Source of the DNA: Gracilinanus agilis
Taxonomy: Eukaryota
Length of the DNA: 63,849 nucleotides
Assembly (NCBI RefSeq): GCF_016433145.1
Contig: NC_058133.1
Location: 33,420,331 to 33,484,179, forward strand
Reading direction: 5' to 3'
In this document: piece after piece, positions 10,717 to 37,640 of the stretch
How positions within the stretch are numbered: the first letter of the stretch is position 1
Layout of the letters: every line of letters begins with the position of its first letter
Translations under genes and position numbers: made by a program
Notes under the pieces: generated by a model
Database searches by the model: none
What the model was told of the DNA's origin: nothing
The model's input: only the letters and a program-made list of their open reading frames with translations

Positions 10717-11257
10717 CTTCTCTCTCCTGAGCCACCTCCCCAGCCTGCTTGAGGGTTTTCCGGGTATGAAGGTGATGGCAGGCTGCATGCGGGGCAGGGA
10801 GGGAGGCCGGAGCTCTACGACACTGGCAGGGCTGTGTGTGAGGGGGCACTTGGGGAGAGGGCAGCCAGCCTGGGCGTCGGAGAACAGGACTCCCAGCGGA
10901 GAGAGTCTGGGGAGTGTCTCCCCTCTACCATGGACCAGCCAGACCCTGGGGATGCAGAAACAAAACACCCCAGTTCCAGCCCTGCTGGAGCTTACATTCC
11001 CCTGAAGGATACAGTCTTTAAATGGAGATACCATGTAATCCAAGGGAGGTCACACCACAAGGAAGGGGAGGACTTCCTGGAGGAGGTGGGCCTGACCTGA
11101 ATCTGGAAGGAACCAGGGATTCAAAGAGGCAGGGAAGAGCGAGGCCAAGTCCTGGAAGGAGGATAGGCCAGCTTGGCTGTGTGGTAGCAAAGGGCTGCTC
11201 CAAGCAGGGTCCTGCCAAGCCAAAACTGTGCACAGGACTTCCAAGGCATTAAAAAAT

Positions 11258-11450
11258 AAAAAATACTTCACTTGAGTCTTAGAAGTGATACTGTGTATTG
11301 GTTCTAAGGCAGAAGAGTGGTCAGGGCTAGGCCATGGGGTTAAGTGACTTGCCTAGGGTCCCACTGCTAGGAAGGGTCAGGGGCCAGATTTGAGCCCAGG
11401 ATTTCGTCTCTTAGCCTTGATCTCTCATCACTGCACCACCTCGCTGTGCC
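11258..11450 (-). mobile_element. Marsupial SINE
   Basis: Antisense CORE-SINE motif. Confidence 0.8.
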
Positions 11451-12238
11451 AGTCCTGAGACATTTTCATGTCTAATCTGCTCTGCATCAGTAGCTATAAA
11501 CCATAGAAATAAAAGCTCTTGGCGGGGTCCTAATCATTTTGAAGGAGGTAAAAGCTGGTGTAGGGGGTGAAAAGGAGAAGTGGGAGGGACTCTAAATATG
11601 ATGCCTCGGACAGAGACTTGGGGGATCCCCAAAGTCTGGGGCGGGGGATAGACATGGAGGAAGATGGAGCGGTCAGAGAAGTTAGTGAGGATGACCCAGC
11701 TGGCCACTCAACTCTCATTTTTCAGAGGCCCACAGAGAGGCAGGGGCTTGGATGTGACTGTCCCCTGGGCGACTTGTCGAAGTCCTTGAAGAAACCCTCT
11801 AGGGAGGACCCACTGCCAACCTGGGGGGTTTCCTTCCGGGGGGGCTCTGAACCTCTGGGGGTCCCTGGCACTTCGAGCCCAGGATTATCTTGCTAGCATT
11901 CCCCACCACATACAGGGTACCTCTTCCTGCTTGTGGAGTCAGTGGGGACCTGGGCTCAAACTGATTGGGTGACCCTGGACAGATCACTTTACTTGGGTGA
12001 GACTCTTCTGTAAAATGCGTATCATCCCACCCATAGTGCCCCCTGGAAGGGTAGGGATGTGTGGAGGCTCCAGTGAGGTCCAGTTTGTGTGTGCTCTGTT
12101 GTCTTGGATATCATCCGAGATGTGCCCCTCACTCCATGCCCGGTCACCCTATAGCCTGAATCAGCTGGCTGCTCTCCTTCTTGGTTCTCTGCTGTCCTTT
12201 GAGGGGTCCTGATTTTCCCAGCCAGGGAAAGAGATCGC

Positions 12239-13559
12239 TGTGGCCTGTAATGCAAAAGATGCAAGAGAGGCTTTTGCTCTTACAGGAGGCCAACTGAAAA
12301 CTTCTGGCAGTTAGAAGCCTTAGAATTATGAGAGAAGTCAGTTGGTGCCTGAGGCTTGAACAGAGAGGAAGGACTAACAAGAACTCTGCTTGGCTTTCAG
12401 TTTTGTTTTTGGCCTGTGCTTTGTCTCTGGACAATTTGTACTTAGCTAATTTCTCTGGACCTCTCCCTGACCTTCTCCATATTATTCCCCTGTTTCCCTG
12501 CCTGTTTTCCCGGGGCTCTGGGAGGCAGGGTGGCTTTTGGGTTTTAGTGAATAGACTTTGTGGGTTTAGTTCCCCCAATAGGCAAGTAGGACATCCTTGA
12601 ATTCAAACTATCCCTTTAGTATACCCTCTACTTTAAAAGCAGCCAAATAGGGGACAGCTGGGTAGCTCAGTGGAGTGAGAGTCAGGCCTAGAGACAGGAG
12701 GTCCTAGGTTCAAACCCGGCCTCAGCCACTTCCCAGCTGTGGGACCCTGGGCAAGTCACTTGACCCCCATTGCCCACCCTTACCAATCTTCCACCTATGA
12801 GACAATACACCGAAGTAAGTACAAGGGTTTAAAAAAAAAAATTAAAAAAAAAAAAAAAAGCAGCCAAATATTCCCTGGCTGAGAGAAGCAGGTCCTCTCA
12901 GTCTAACCCATTCCTGTGACCCTTCCCCATCTTGAATTTCTCCCTAGCGGCTGTCAGAAACCCCAAACCCCTCTCTCCTTCCTGACCAATCCTGAACATT
13001 AATAAATCTCTTTGCTACCTAAGCAAACCCTCTGGAGAATCATTGTGTTGAAGAATTAGGCAAGGGTTGAGGGGGAAGGATTTATTCTCTTTATTTCCTG
13101 AGGGAAACTGGAGGCATCCATCTTAAGAGGAAGTAGCTGCCCAACGCTTCCTCCTGAATCCCTTCAGTTTCACTGACAGGGAGGAGTCTTGCAACTCCTC
13201 CTTTGAGGACTTGAGAAACTGACAAGCCCTCAAGTCAGATTTCAATCATTTCTGACTGACCTTATTCCCCTTATTCCTTGTGTCGGTAGAAGTACCTTTC
13301 CTGCCTGGAAGGGTTCAGCCTATTACCCCCAGTGTCCTCTGTCTCTAGCTTGGGAGTCTAGTCTGTGTTAGCCGCCTCTCCTAAACACCTCACCCTGTAC
13401 CCTTACCATCCTAATACCGCCTTGTCCATTCCTCCCCAAACTCAGCCTTCCCTTTCATTCCTCTCCTATCACCTCAATCACCTTTTACCCCTCCGTCACT
13501 CAGCAACGGAAGCAGAGCACCCCCCAATTTTAGTCTCTCTTTATCCATCTTTAGCCACA
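12239..13559 (+). mobile_element. Putative solo LTR containing a nested SINE
   Basis: TGTGGC...GCCACA inverted termini; CCAAT at 12986; AATAAA at 13001; no clear TSD. Confidence 0.45.
12650..12855 (+). mobile_element. Young opossum-type SINE with 15-bp TSD
   Basis: TSD AAAAGCAGCCAAATA at 12635-12649 and 12856-12870; intact head and poly(A). Confidence 0.95.
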
Positions 13560-15715
13560 GAGCCTACCCGGCTGGGTCAGGATCTCACAGGCCCAGTGAA
13601 TGATGGGAGGGGAGTGTGGCCCCAGCAGCCTCTGCTGGGCCCAGAAAACTGCTCAGGGCTGGGGAACCCTCTCCTACTTCCAAGGCCTAGAGAGGGCTTC
13701 TTGCAGTTCTCCCCAACAGTCCTGACCTCTGGGAAGGCCTTCCCTGTCCCCATTTATCAGAGCTTAGTGCAGAGCAGGAAGGGACTTGCCCCGAATCCAA
13801 GGCCAGAGCTCTTGCTTTGCCAGAGTAGCAGAGCTGTTCGACCCCAAAGCCAGTGCTGGGCCCCCACAACAAGGGGCCCCCTTCTGTGGCCTTCTGAGGA
13901 GAAATGGGAACTGTCTCTAGAGAATGGAGCCTCAGGGTTGGTCTCTCCCACTCTCAGCTTCTCATGGCCTTCCCTGCTCCAGCTCTCCAACAGCTAAAGG
14001 GTCTTAAAGTTCAACTTGAACTCCCCTCCTCCAGGAAGCCTCTCCTGATTGCCCCTTTTCACTGCAATTATCCCGCTCTGACAGCGAGCCCCTCCTGGCA
14101 TGTTGTCTGAGAGTTCCCCAAGTGTGGATCTAGAGCCCCCTCACACAGCTAATATGTGTCACAGGCTCGCTCTGCTCTCTATCGGAGCATATGTAGCGGG
14201 GTGGGGGACACAGCGTGGGATCTGGCAGGGAGCTCCCGGCTCCTCTCCCAGGGCCATGCAACCTCCCATCAGAAGCAGGAATCCCAAAATAACATCCCTT
14301 GACCAGCCTCTACCTGAAGACCTCTAGGGATAGGGAGCTCACTACCTACAGAGACAGCCCAGCCAGCTAGCTAGTTAGTGACATGCCTCTGTACCATCAC
14401 CCCGCTTCCTGTTGGGCTCTCTAGAGCCAGCCACCAAGGCTCACGCCTCCTCCCCAGTTGAGCCCTTGGAGATCCTTGAAGACCATTCAAAGATGGGCAC
14501 TGAGGAATAGTGTGTGTGTCGGGGGAAGCACTGGGTTTGCATTCAGAGGCCCTGGGTTCAAATTATGCCTCTGTTACCCCCTGTCTGATCTTGGGCAGAC
14601 CCCTTCCATCTCCTGGCCTCAGTTTCCTCATCTGTAAAATGAGATTGAGTTAGATGAGAGGGACCATGAGGCTCCTTCTAGCTCTTAATGAGGCCCCAGG
14701 GCCAGGCCTTGGCAGCAGCACCATCTTGTGGCCAAATGTGGATACTCACTGAATGAATGACATTAAGTGCCTGCTCTGTGCTGCCACTAAGCGCTTTACA
14801 AACATATTATTTGATCCGCAGAAGTGCTATTATTATCCCCGTTTTACAGATGAGGAAGCTGAGGCAGAGGTTAAGTAGCTTGGCCAAAGTGCATCATCCA
14901 ATTAATATCAGAGGAAGGATTTGAACCCAGGTCTCCCCAATGTCTCCCAAGCTCATCGAGTCAGGATAAACCTTAGGGATCATGGGGTACAACCCTGCCT
15001 CCCCATCATGGAGATGAGGTCCAGGGAGGGACAACACGGCCCCTGCTGTTGGGCAAGTCCATGGCAGATGTTTTCCCGCTCAGGCCAGGTCTTCCCAGAG
15101 ACCAGGTACTGCCCCTTGTCCAGCCCAGTCCCTGCACCTCCTTCTTGGGGGATAGGGGTCTCCCTCCATATTCCCTGAGCCCTGAACCCCTTCTGGCCCA
15201 AAGGGCACTGAGGCGTCCTTGGAGATGCAACTCCTACGAGACCCTGGTGCTTCTCCCCAGTTCTCAGCCTCTCTCCTGCCTGCTATCTCCCTGCAGGGCT
15301 GGCCCATGGGCTATTCCCCCTTTGAAGTGGTCAGCCCAGCCCTGCCTGTCCGGTTTGACCCCTGGGTGAGGGTTGGCCGCTCCCCCCGCCCATCCTGTTA
15401 ATCTTCCTCCTCCAGACTCTGGACCCTCTACAAGAGGCTAGGGCCTGGCTCCCCAGTCCCCCCAGCTCTGCTCCAGGACTGCCCACATGCCACGGCCGGC
15501 CTCCTCTCTTTGTCCGTGAGCCCAGCAGGCCCTCGGTGACCTCGGATGGCTGTGGGGCTCAAGGGCCACAGCCCATGGATGAAGGTGGCTCCGTCAGTCT
15601 GGCTGGAGGGGCTGAGAGGGGATCCCGAGCCTCCCCCCAGGCACTGGAGTACCAGAGAGGCCCCCAGAAGATCCTTCTCAGTGAGTGTGAACCAGGCCAG
15701 GCCACTCTAGACCTC

Positions 15716-15721
15716 TTTATT
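15716..15721 (-). terminator. Probable UROD polyadenylation signal
   Basis: AATAAA on the minus strand about 80 nt after the stop codon. Confidence 0.7.
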
Positions 15722-15801
15722 CTCTTAAAAATACTCTTACAAACATTCTCCTGTCAGACCCCTGAGACTAGTCCTGGGGTGGGTGGGGTGAGGTGGGGGG
15801 C

Positions 15802-18975
<3,174 letters not shown>

Positions 18976-18979
18976 CGCG

Positions 18980-19135
18980 TGGACCCCACTCTTCTCTGCA
19001 GGGTCGTGGAGCAGCCCCAGCTTCCCCCGAACGTACCGCCCCCAGCCCTGACCCCGCCCCTGGGCCCGCCCCGACAACAGCCAGGTCCCGCCCCACGCCG
19101 CTCCTGGGCGCCGCCATGTTACTGATCACATGAGA
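18980..19135 (-). promoter_or_regulatory. UROD CpG-rich promoter with clustered GC boxes and a YY1-like motif
   Basis: Several CCGCCC boxes at 19034-19094; CCGCCATGTT at 19111-19120; TCACATGA E-box at about 19126-19133; no TATA. Confidence 0.65.
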
Positions 19136-20405
19136 AACTGAACTTGGGCCCTCAGGGATCTGGGGCTGTCTGAGCCTGTGCCTGCAGGACCCTTTTACTA
19201 CCGTAAAGTCCAGAGTAAGGGCGCAGAGAGTCCCAGCTGCGAAGAGGCGAGGACTCTCGGGCTGCCCAGTAGTGGCGGTAGCAGTGGGGAAAGTGAGACT
19301 CAGATCTGGGAAACGACCTGCTTAGAGTCATCCAGAAAGCTGTTACCTACCCTCAAGTGTGCTGGAGGACACCACGTAGCCATAGGACCTCAGTTTCCTT
19401 ATCTGTAAAATAGGGATAATCATAAGCATCTCCCTCACTGGCCTTTTTGTTGGAATCATCAAATGAGCTCAAGTCTAGACAATCATTTCAGATCTGGCTG
19501 GGCTCTGCAAACTCACCGGAGCTCTGCAAACTTTGCTCGGCCCATGGATACAGCCCTTTCCTTCCTAGCTTCCCTCAGTGGAAGATTCCATTGCTTTTGT
19601 GGACTCAGCCTGTGCCCCCACGGAGTCTGTAGGAGGATTGTAGCCCTTTCCTAGACACATCAGCCCAGGGTTTGCCCTTTGGTCATCCTTTCCAGGCCAA
19701 GGTGGGATGAGGAAATTTCCAGGCATGGGAAGAGATTCAGCTGGAGGAAAGGGCCTGAGGAATTCAATAAGACTGATGACAGAGACATCCAGAGCAAGTC
19801 AAGTCAGCAAGCATTTATTATGCACTTACTGTATGCTAGGAACTGTGCTAAGGGCTGGGGACACAACCACAAACTAAAAGAAAAATTGTCCCTGCTCCCA
19901 AGAAGCTTACATTCTTCGGGGGGGGGGGGGGGGGGGGGAGAGCCTGGGAGTGATGGAGAAGTCCATAGCAGTGCAGCCAGGTGGGAAGTGAGGGGCCAGC
20001 TGGCCCAGGGGACACATGACCCGTGACTTCTAGGAGGAGAAGCTTTCCAGGGCCTCATTTGGTAAATGAAGAAACTGAGAAGTGACTGTCCCTTCCTACT
20101 TAATAATAATGATGATGACCATGATGATAATGCTGAGCGTTTTATGCACATTCATCTCACTGGGTATTCCAGTGACATCTGTCTCCTTACCCAGCCTTGA
20201 CTCTTAAACCACTTAATATTTTCTAGAATTCACTCTTTGTTCTCTGCTGTTTCACTTTCAGGATCAACACCTCTTTGTCTCTGGGATGTATTTAATGATA
20301 TGATGATGATGATGATGATGATGATGATTATATTCTATATATAATACATATTATTATGTATTTTATCAAGGCTTATTGGATCAGAATGGATCAAATCAAG
20401 CCTTT

Positions 20406-20610
20406 TCTTTCTTTTTTTTTTTTTTAAATAAACTATTGTCTTCCATACTGAGTATTGATTTCAAGACAGAAGACAGGTAAAGGCTAGTCAATGGGGGTTA
20501 AGTGACTTGCCCAGGGTCACACAGCTGAGAAGTACCTGAGGTCAGATTTGAACAGGGGACTTCCCATCTCTAGACCTGGCTCTCAATTCACTGAGCCATG
20601 TAGCTGCTTC
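20406..20610 (-). mobile_element. SINE with TSD CAAATCAAGCCTTTT
   Basis: Direct repeat on both sides of an antisense SINE with poly(T). Confidence 0.9.
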
Positions 20611-22269
20611 CAAATCAAGCCTTTTTCAAATAACTCCTGGTTCTTGGTCCCAAACCTTGCTGGGCTCTCACCGCTGCTCAGCAATCCTTCTGGGGCCCTC
20701 GAACAGGGCCTGTGACAAACTTCCTCCTCTCCTTTCCCATGTTCTTCCCTCTTCTGGTATCTATTTGCCATGAAGTCAGTATCATAGCTCATTCTCCCTG
20801 TCTTTCCTTTTATAAAGGTGTGTGGAGCAGAGAGGATATCACCAATCAAGGAATCAAGTTGAGTGAGCATCTCTAAATACTGAATCAATCCATCAAAGAC
20901 ATTAAACTAATCTTTAATCCATTTGGAAGAAATGAAGGTTATTTGATGAATTAAAACATTACACAAGAAGGGCAATGAGAGTGGTTGAGAAGTCTCAGCC
21001 CTGCCCTGTGGGGCCCCTATAAAATAGCAGACTTGTAAGGATTCCAGGGATTGGAGTGGTAAACTAGCTTAGTGGCGGGAACAGTTCTGGTCAAGCTCCT
21101 GAGAGGGAATCACTTTAGAAGAAATCTTATGTGTTCTGCAGGCTTAAGCCTGCCTTCCACTGCACCCCATATGTATTTCATCCTAACTGTTCTTACTATA
21201 TCACCTTAGTAAATGTTTTTAAAAGCTAATAAAATCTGGCTAATTGCTATCGAGTGAAGACACATTAAGGGAAGCACTCTGGTGGGGGCTCATGAGTTAT
21301 AGCATTAGAGAAACTTTCCCTAAATCTTCAGGTTTGCCCCTAGAACTCTAAGGGTGACAGAGAGCAGCCACCCTCTGGGACCCTCTTCTACCAGGTTGAG
21401 TGGGTGTTGGGAGAGTGTGTTGCACTCTGAACACTGGATTTTATCCTGCTTCCAAAGTGAATGCTTCTCCCTGGATCCCATTTTCTCTCCTCTCTTCACC
21501 AGAACCCTGCTCAGGCGTCATGCCCTCAGTCTCTGGCAGCTTCAGCTTTGCCCCTTCCCCTTCCCTGGATCCTTCCTCTCTGCCCACAAATCTATCTCTC
21601 CTCCCTGTAGCACAACGCCCTGAACAAGTGTTGTCCCTGGAATTCTGGCTGGATGGCCACTCTTCCACCCCCTTGGTAGGACTTCCAACAAGGGCCTGGG
21701 GTGTCCTTGGCTCTGCTGAGCACTAGAGAGAGAAAGGCAAAGGCAAAAGGGAAGGGAAGCGGCCTCTAGCCTCAAGGAACTTCTAGGCAACTGGACGAGA
21801 CAATGTAAAAATAAATATATGCAGGATAAAGGAGGAGTGTCCACGTTCTTATACACCGTTCCATGGTGCCATATATGGCACCTATAGGGTGCTGATTGTG
21901 TGCCAAACACTTTAATCTCTTTGGACCTCACAACCACCCTGGGAGAGAGATGCTATTAGAAACTTAGATGATTTATTTGTGGGAAGGCTATGACTGGGGC
22001 ACCAATTATTAGAGGTACAAGTCTTATTATTTCCATTTTACAGTTGAGGAAACCAAGGCAAACAAGTTAACCAAGGTCACAGCAAGTGTCTGAGATTGGA
22101 TTTGAACTCAGATCTTCCTATCCCCTGACCAGTGCTCCATCCACTGCACCACCAGTTGCTTCCAATAAATGCAAACACACGCGTGCCTCTAGATTAAATA
22201 CAGAAACGTACCAGGGAGCTCAGGAGGGATGAGGGGACCTGGGAGCTGTGTGGGAAGATATTAAATAGA

Positions 22270-22620
22270 GGGTGGGTGGGAGGAATCATGGATGACACCT
22301 GAGACTCTGAGTCTGGGGGAGGGAGAGGATGGGGGTCTCTCTGTAACGATGGCAAAGTTTGGAAGGAAGAAAGAGCATCAATTCCATCCGGGACATGTTG
22401 AGTTCAGGACGTCTACAGGATATCCAAAAGGCGCTTGGTAATACCAGACTGGCACTTGGAAGAGGGTTCAGGGTCGGATCTATGGATGCACAGATCACTT
22501 CCATAGAGATGACGGCTGAACCCTCGGTAGCCAGTGAGCTCCCTGAGGAGATGAGAGAAGAAGAGAAAGAAGCTCAGGACCAAGGCTGAGGTGACACCTC
22601 CTAAGCATAACCTGGAGGAC
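22270..22620 (-). mobile_element. Ancient L2 LINE fragment
   Basis: Minus-strand peptide LNMSRMELMLFLPSK resembles the L2 ORF2 motif LKLNMSKTELIIFPPK. Confidence 0.6.
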
Positions 22621-23574
22621 AGGGAGAGAACAGGGCCTGGAAAACCCAGGAAAGGGCGGTCCAGAGTGGGGCCCAATGCTGCTCAAGCTCAAGAAAGATT
22701 ACGACCAAGAAAAGAATGTTGGATTTGGCAATTAAGGGGCCATTCAAGCACTGGAAGCCAGACTGCAAAAGGCTGAAGAACCCAAGATAAAGGGAAGTAG
22801 AGGCACTTTGTGAAAGGGAGAAAGAGAGGGGAGATCTGGGAGATGGCTGGAGGGTCTGGGGCAGTGAGGGTGAACCTTTTAGAGGCTGAGTGTCCAAATT
22901 GTAAACTGCATGGAGATGGGGAGGGGAGCAGCCTGGCCCCCTGTCCCTCTGGCTTTCTAGTAAGGAACTCTGGCAAACTCTGTGCTGGGGTGACAGTGCG
23001 TGTTATCAGAGAGCACTCTGAGTGCCCTCGCTGGCATGCGTGCCATAGGTTTGCCAACATGAGTCTAGGGTCTAGGGAAGGTGTATCATGTAACATTTGT
23101 ACAACCCAGTGGAATGGCTTATCAGCTCTAGGAGAGGGGAAGGAAAAAACATGAATCAGGTAAATATGAGAAAATATTTTTTAAAAATTAAATAATAATA
23201 ATAATAATAATAAAAGGAAAGGAAAAAAGAGTGTGTAATGTACATTGTGGCTCCCCAACCCAGGGAAGAGCGGCCACGTCTACCCCTCAGTATTCCAGGG
23301 ACAACCCGGAGAGGTTTGGGGTGTCTTTTTTTGAGCCGTCTGCTCAAATCCCCACCAGTTGAATTTCTCTCCATCTGCTGGGGGGGCATCCTAGATCTAT
23401 TGAACCAGTTCATATCAATTAACTTTTTCAGGAAGATATTTACCTCAAAGATAGAGCAAGAACATGTGAACAAAAGTCCCCCTGCTGCTCACACACTAGG
23501 GTTCATAACTCTTGGCAGAGAGGTTGAAGGTTAGTGACAAAGTGGAGAAAATTGGGAATTTGGCTGGAGAAGTT

Positions 23575-23773
23575 GGATGGTTCCGTGGATTGAGATCTGA
23601 GCCTAAAGACAGGAGGTCCTGGGCTCAAATGTGGCTTCAGATGCTTCCTAGCTGTGTGACCCTGTGCAAGTCACTTAACCCCCCATTGCCTACCCTTACC
23701 GCTCTTCTGCCTTGGAGCCAATATACAGTATTGATTCTAAGATGGAAGGTGAGGGTTTAAAAAAAAAAAAAAA
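23575..23773 (+). mobile_element. Marsupial SINE
   Basis: CORE body and poly(A) tail. Confidence 0.85.
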
Positions 23774-24049
23774 CCTCACTGACTTGACTTGCTTTGGTTC
23801 ACTGTGGGCCTGAAGTCAGGGGCAGCGTCAGGGCAAAGCACTGAGGAGCCGAAGGATTGCAATGAGGGACTGGATGAAATGAGGAATGGTTTAGGGGTCA
23901 CGGAGACTCCAGAAGAATGCGAGAAGTTTTTGCTGAAGGAGTGGGAATTGTGGAAGGCCCCAGGAACTTGGGGAGCCATAGCGAGCTTCAGGGTGAGGGA
24001 GGAGCTGAGAGGCATCAGCATCAGAAGGTGGACAGCCCGGAGTGTGAGG

Positions 24050-24821
24050 GCGGGGCTGGAGACGAAGACTCCGGGACAGGAGGAGCTCCGGGAGAACGTC
24101 CATGAGCAGAGTGGGCAGCCGCCAGGGAGAGTGGAAGGCAAGGGATGGGGAGGCCCTGAGTGCCGGGGCGGGGGCGGTCCAGCTCGCACAGGCTTCTGGG
24201 GGAAGCGGCTGGATGGAGGGGATGGAAGAGGAGCTGTCTGGGAGGGAGGGGAGGGTATTCCTTGTGGAAGGAGAGATGGGCGGGGGCAGGGCTGGCAGCC
24301 CACAGCTCGGTAGCCCCGGAGGGGGAGGGGAAAGAGGGGGGCCGCCAGTTTGCCATCTGGTGGAGGTCGTGGGGTCCCCGGGAGAGGAGTGACTTGGCTA
24401 GGGCCAACTGGTCAGTAGGTGTCAGTGGATGGACAACGGGCACTGTAAAGCAATGCTTCTCCCGCTTCATAATGTAGACCCCCAAATATATGGGGGTGCA
24501 GGCTGCTTCTCCTACAGCACAGCACCCGCAAATATATGAGGGTACGGGCTGCTTCTCGTGCCTCAGAGTTGTGGCAGAACTCCTGTCAGTGGGGGGGCGG
24601 GGCCGGGAGCAGCACTCTGAGGTGCTGCGGGAGTCCTCGGGGCAATACGGCCCTTCTGCGGGAGTACGCTGGTTATTACGGGCCGGCTCGGAGGTCGCCG
24701 GCTCTGCGCCGCCTCCTCTGCTCAGCTGGGCGCCGGGTCGGAGGTTCGAGTCCCGCCTCCGCGCTCTTGCCTCAGCCGGCTTCCCCTCCCCTTCTCCCCG
24801 CCTCCCCTCAGAAGTCTGGCC
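24050..24821 (+). promoter_or_regulatory. HECTD3 CpG-island promoter and 5' UTR
   Basis: High CpG density and GGGCGG boxes immediately upstream of the ATG at 24822. Confidence 0.7.
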
Positions 24822-35995
<11,174 letters not shown>

Positions 35996-36178
35996 GCTCC
36001 CTGGCCTGGCAGCGCTCCTGGGGACCCCAGGCAGGTTGGCACTGGACGCTGGATGTCGGAGTGTCTCGGGACAGCAGTGAGTGCCTTCTCTACTGTGCCT
36101 CTGCTGGGGGGCCGATGCCCTCTGCATCCTTCTGAGGTCGGGCTGCCTCAAGAGGGGATGGAAGGCAGTCCCTACCCT

Positions 36179-36184
36179 AATAAA
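36179..36184 (+). terminator. Probable HECTD3 polyadenylation signal
   Basis: AATAAA about 185 nt after the stop codon. Confidence 0.7.
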
Positions 36185-36330
36185 CCACTTCACCCCTCTC
36201 TTGGGCCATCTGCAGTTTCTTGTGTCCTGGCTGGTATAAGGGTCCAGCCAGCCTCTGATTTGCCTGGTCTTGAGTGCCTCTGAGTGCTTAGAAATCCCCA
36301 GGCCAGGGAGTCAAGGCCTGGTACTTTCCT

Positions 36331-36538
36331 TTTTTTTTTTTTAATTTTTTTTTTTATTTTAAACCCTTAACTTCTGTGTATTGACTTATAGGTGGAAGAG
36401 TGGTAAGGGTGGGCAATGGGGGTCAAGTGACTTGCCCAGGGTCACACAGCAGGGAAGTGTCTGAGGCCGGATTTGATCCTAGGACCTCCCGTCTCTAGGC
36501 CTGACTCTCAATCCACTGAGCTACCCAGCTGCCCCCCC
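36331..36538 (-). mobile_element. Young opossum-type SINE with TSD GGTACTTTCCT
   Basis: TSD at 36320-36330 and 36539-36549; full length. Confidence 0.95.
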
Positions 36539-37199
36539 GGTACTTTCCTGAGGTAGCTTGGTCAGGGCCAGGGTCTGCAATCTGATGCTACCTGGGTTCA
36601 AGTTCCATCCCCACCACTTGCTGCCCCTGGAGCCTGTGAGCCTCCCTCCCAAGGTATGTCCTTAGGAGATTCCTCTAAGAGGGACAGTCATTACCTCCCT
36701 CTGGGCCTCCATCCCTTCTTGGTGAGTTTTTCTTGGGTGGGGAGGTGGAGGGCAGAAAGAGGTGTGAACCCCGCTTTGGAGCTGGGAGCTCTCCCACTGG
36801 GTATCACCCTAACTCTAACTGCTGGAGTGGGTACTGGAGAAGCTTTGCCAGTACAGGCTCTTTCCTGGGGGCCCAGATGGGTTTCCCTTTAAGTCAGAGG
36901 TTCTTAACCTTCCTTATGTCACGACCCCTTTGGCAAAGCCTGTGAATCCCCTTTGGAAGAATATTCTTAAATGCACTATATAAAATACCAGGGATTACAA
37001 AGGAGACTGATTATAATCAGATACAGCTAACAAATATTAAAACTAAAACAAAAACCAAACTCTTAGAGCCCAGGTTAAGACCCTGCCTTAAGAGACTGCT
37101 CACACAGGTGGATTTTGTATTCTTTCCTGAGAGCACGTGTTGGGGTGAAGGTTGGGCAGATGGTCCATCCTCTCTCCCAAGTCACCTTCCCTTTTGTCC

Positions 37200-37640
37200 T
37201 TCAGTACTCATTGAGCCACGGCAGTGGTAGAAAAGAAAGGACCCTGGATGTTCTCAGAGGATGTGAGTTAGGTGCATCAGCCATCCTGGTTGCCCTCCCC
37301 TGGATAATCTCCAGGTTTTCCATGTCCTTCCTAAACCTAGTACTGAGTAGACTCCAGATGTGTATGGTCTGACTAGGACAGGGTAAGAAGAGAGATGATC
37401 CCTTCACTCCTTATTTCCTGGAGCTCTGTCTCTCTGCATGCAGCCCAAGCTCTCCTGGGTGTCCTTGGTCGCCCCATCATTCTGCTGACTCATAGTGAGT
37501 TTGTAATTAATCCATAAAAATAATCCCCCAGATTTTTTCCCTGCTAACAGCTGTCTCACCGTCCCTTCACCCCATCCTGTACTCGTGATGTTGATTGTTT
37601 GGTCTCAAGGGAAAGACTTTACATTTATTCCTTCTGTGTT
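37200..37640 (-). mobile_element. CR1/L3 LINE fragment
   Basis: Minus-strand peptide LEIIQGRATRM resembles the CR1 RT C-terminal motif LERVQRRATRM. Confidence 0.7.

Noticed and set aside
23789-24313. 174-aa and 175-aa ORFs upstream of HECTD3
   Set aside because: Purine-rich, L2-like and promoter sequence with no protein motif.
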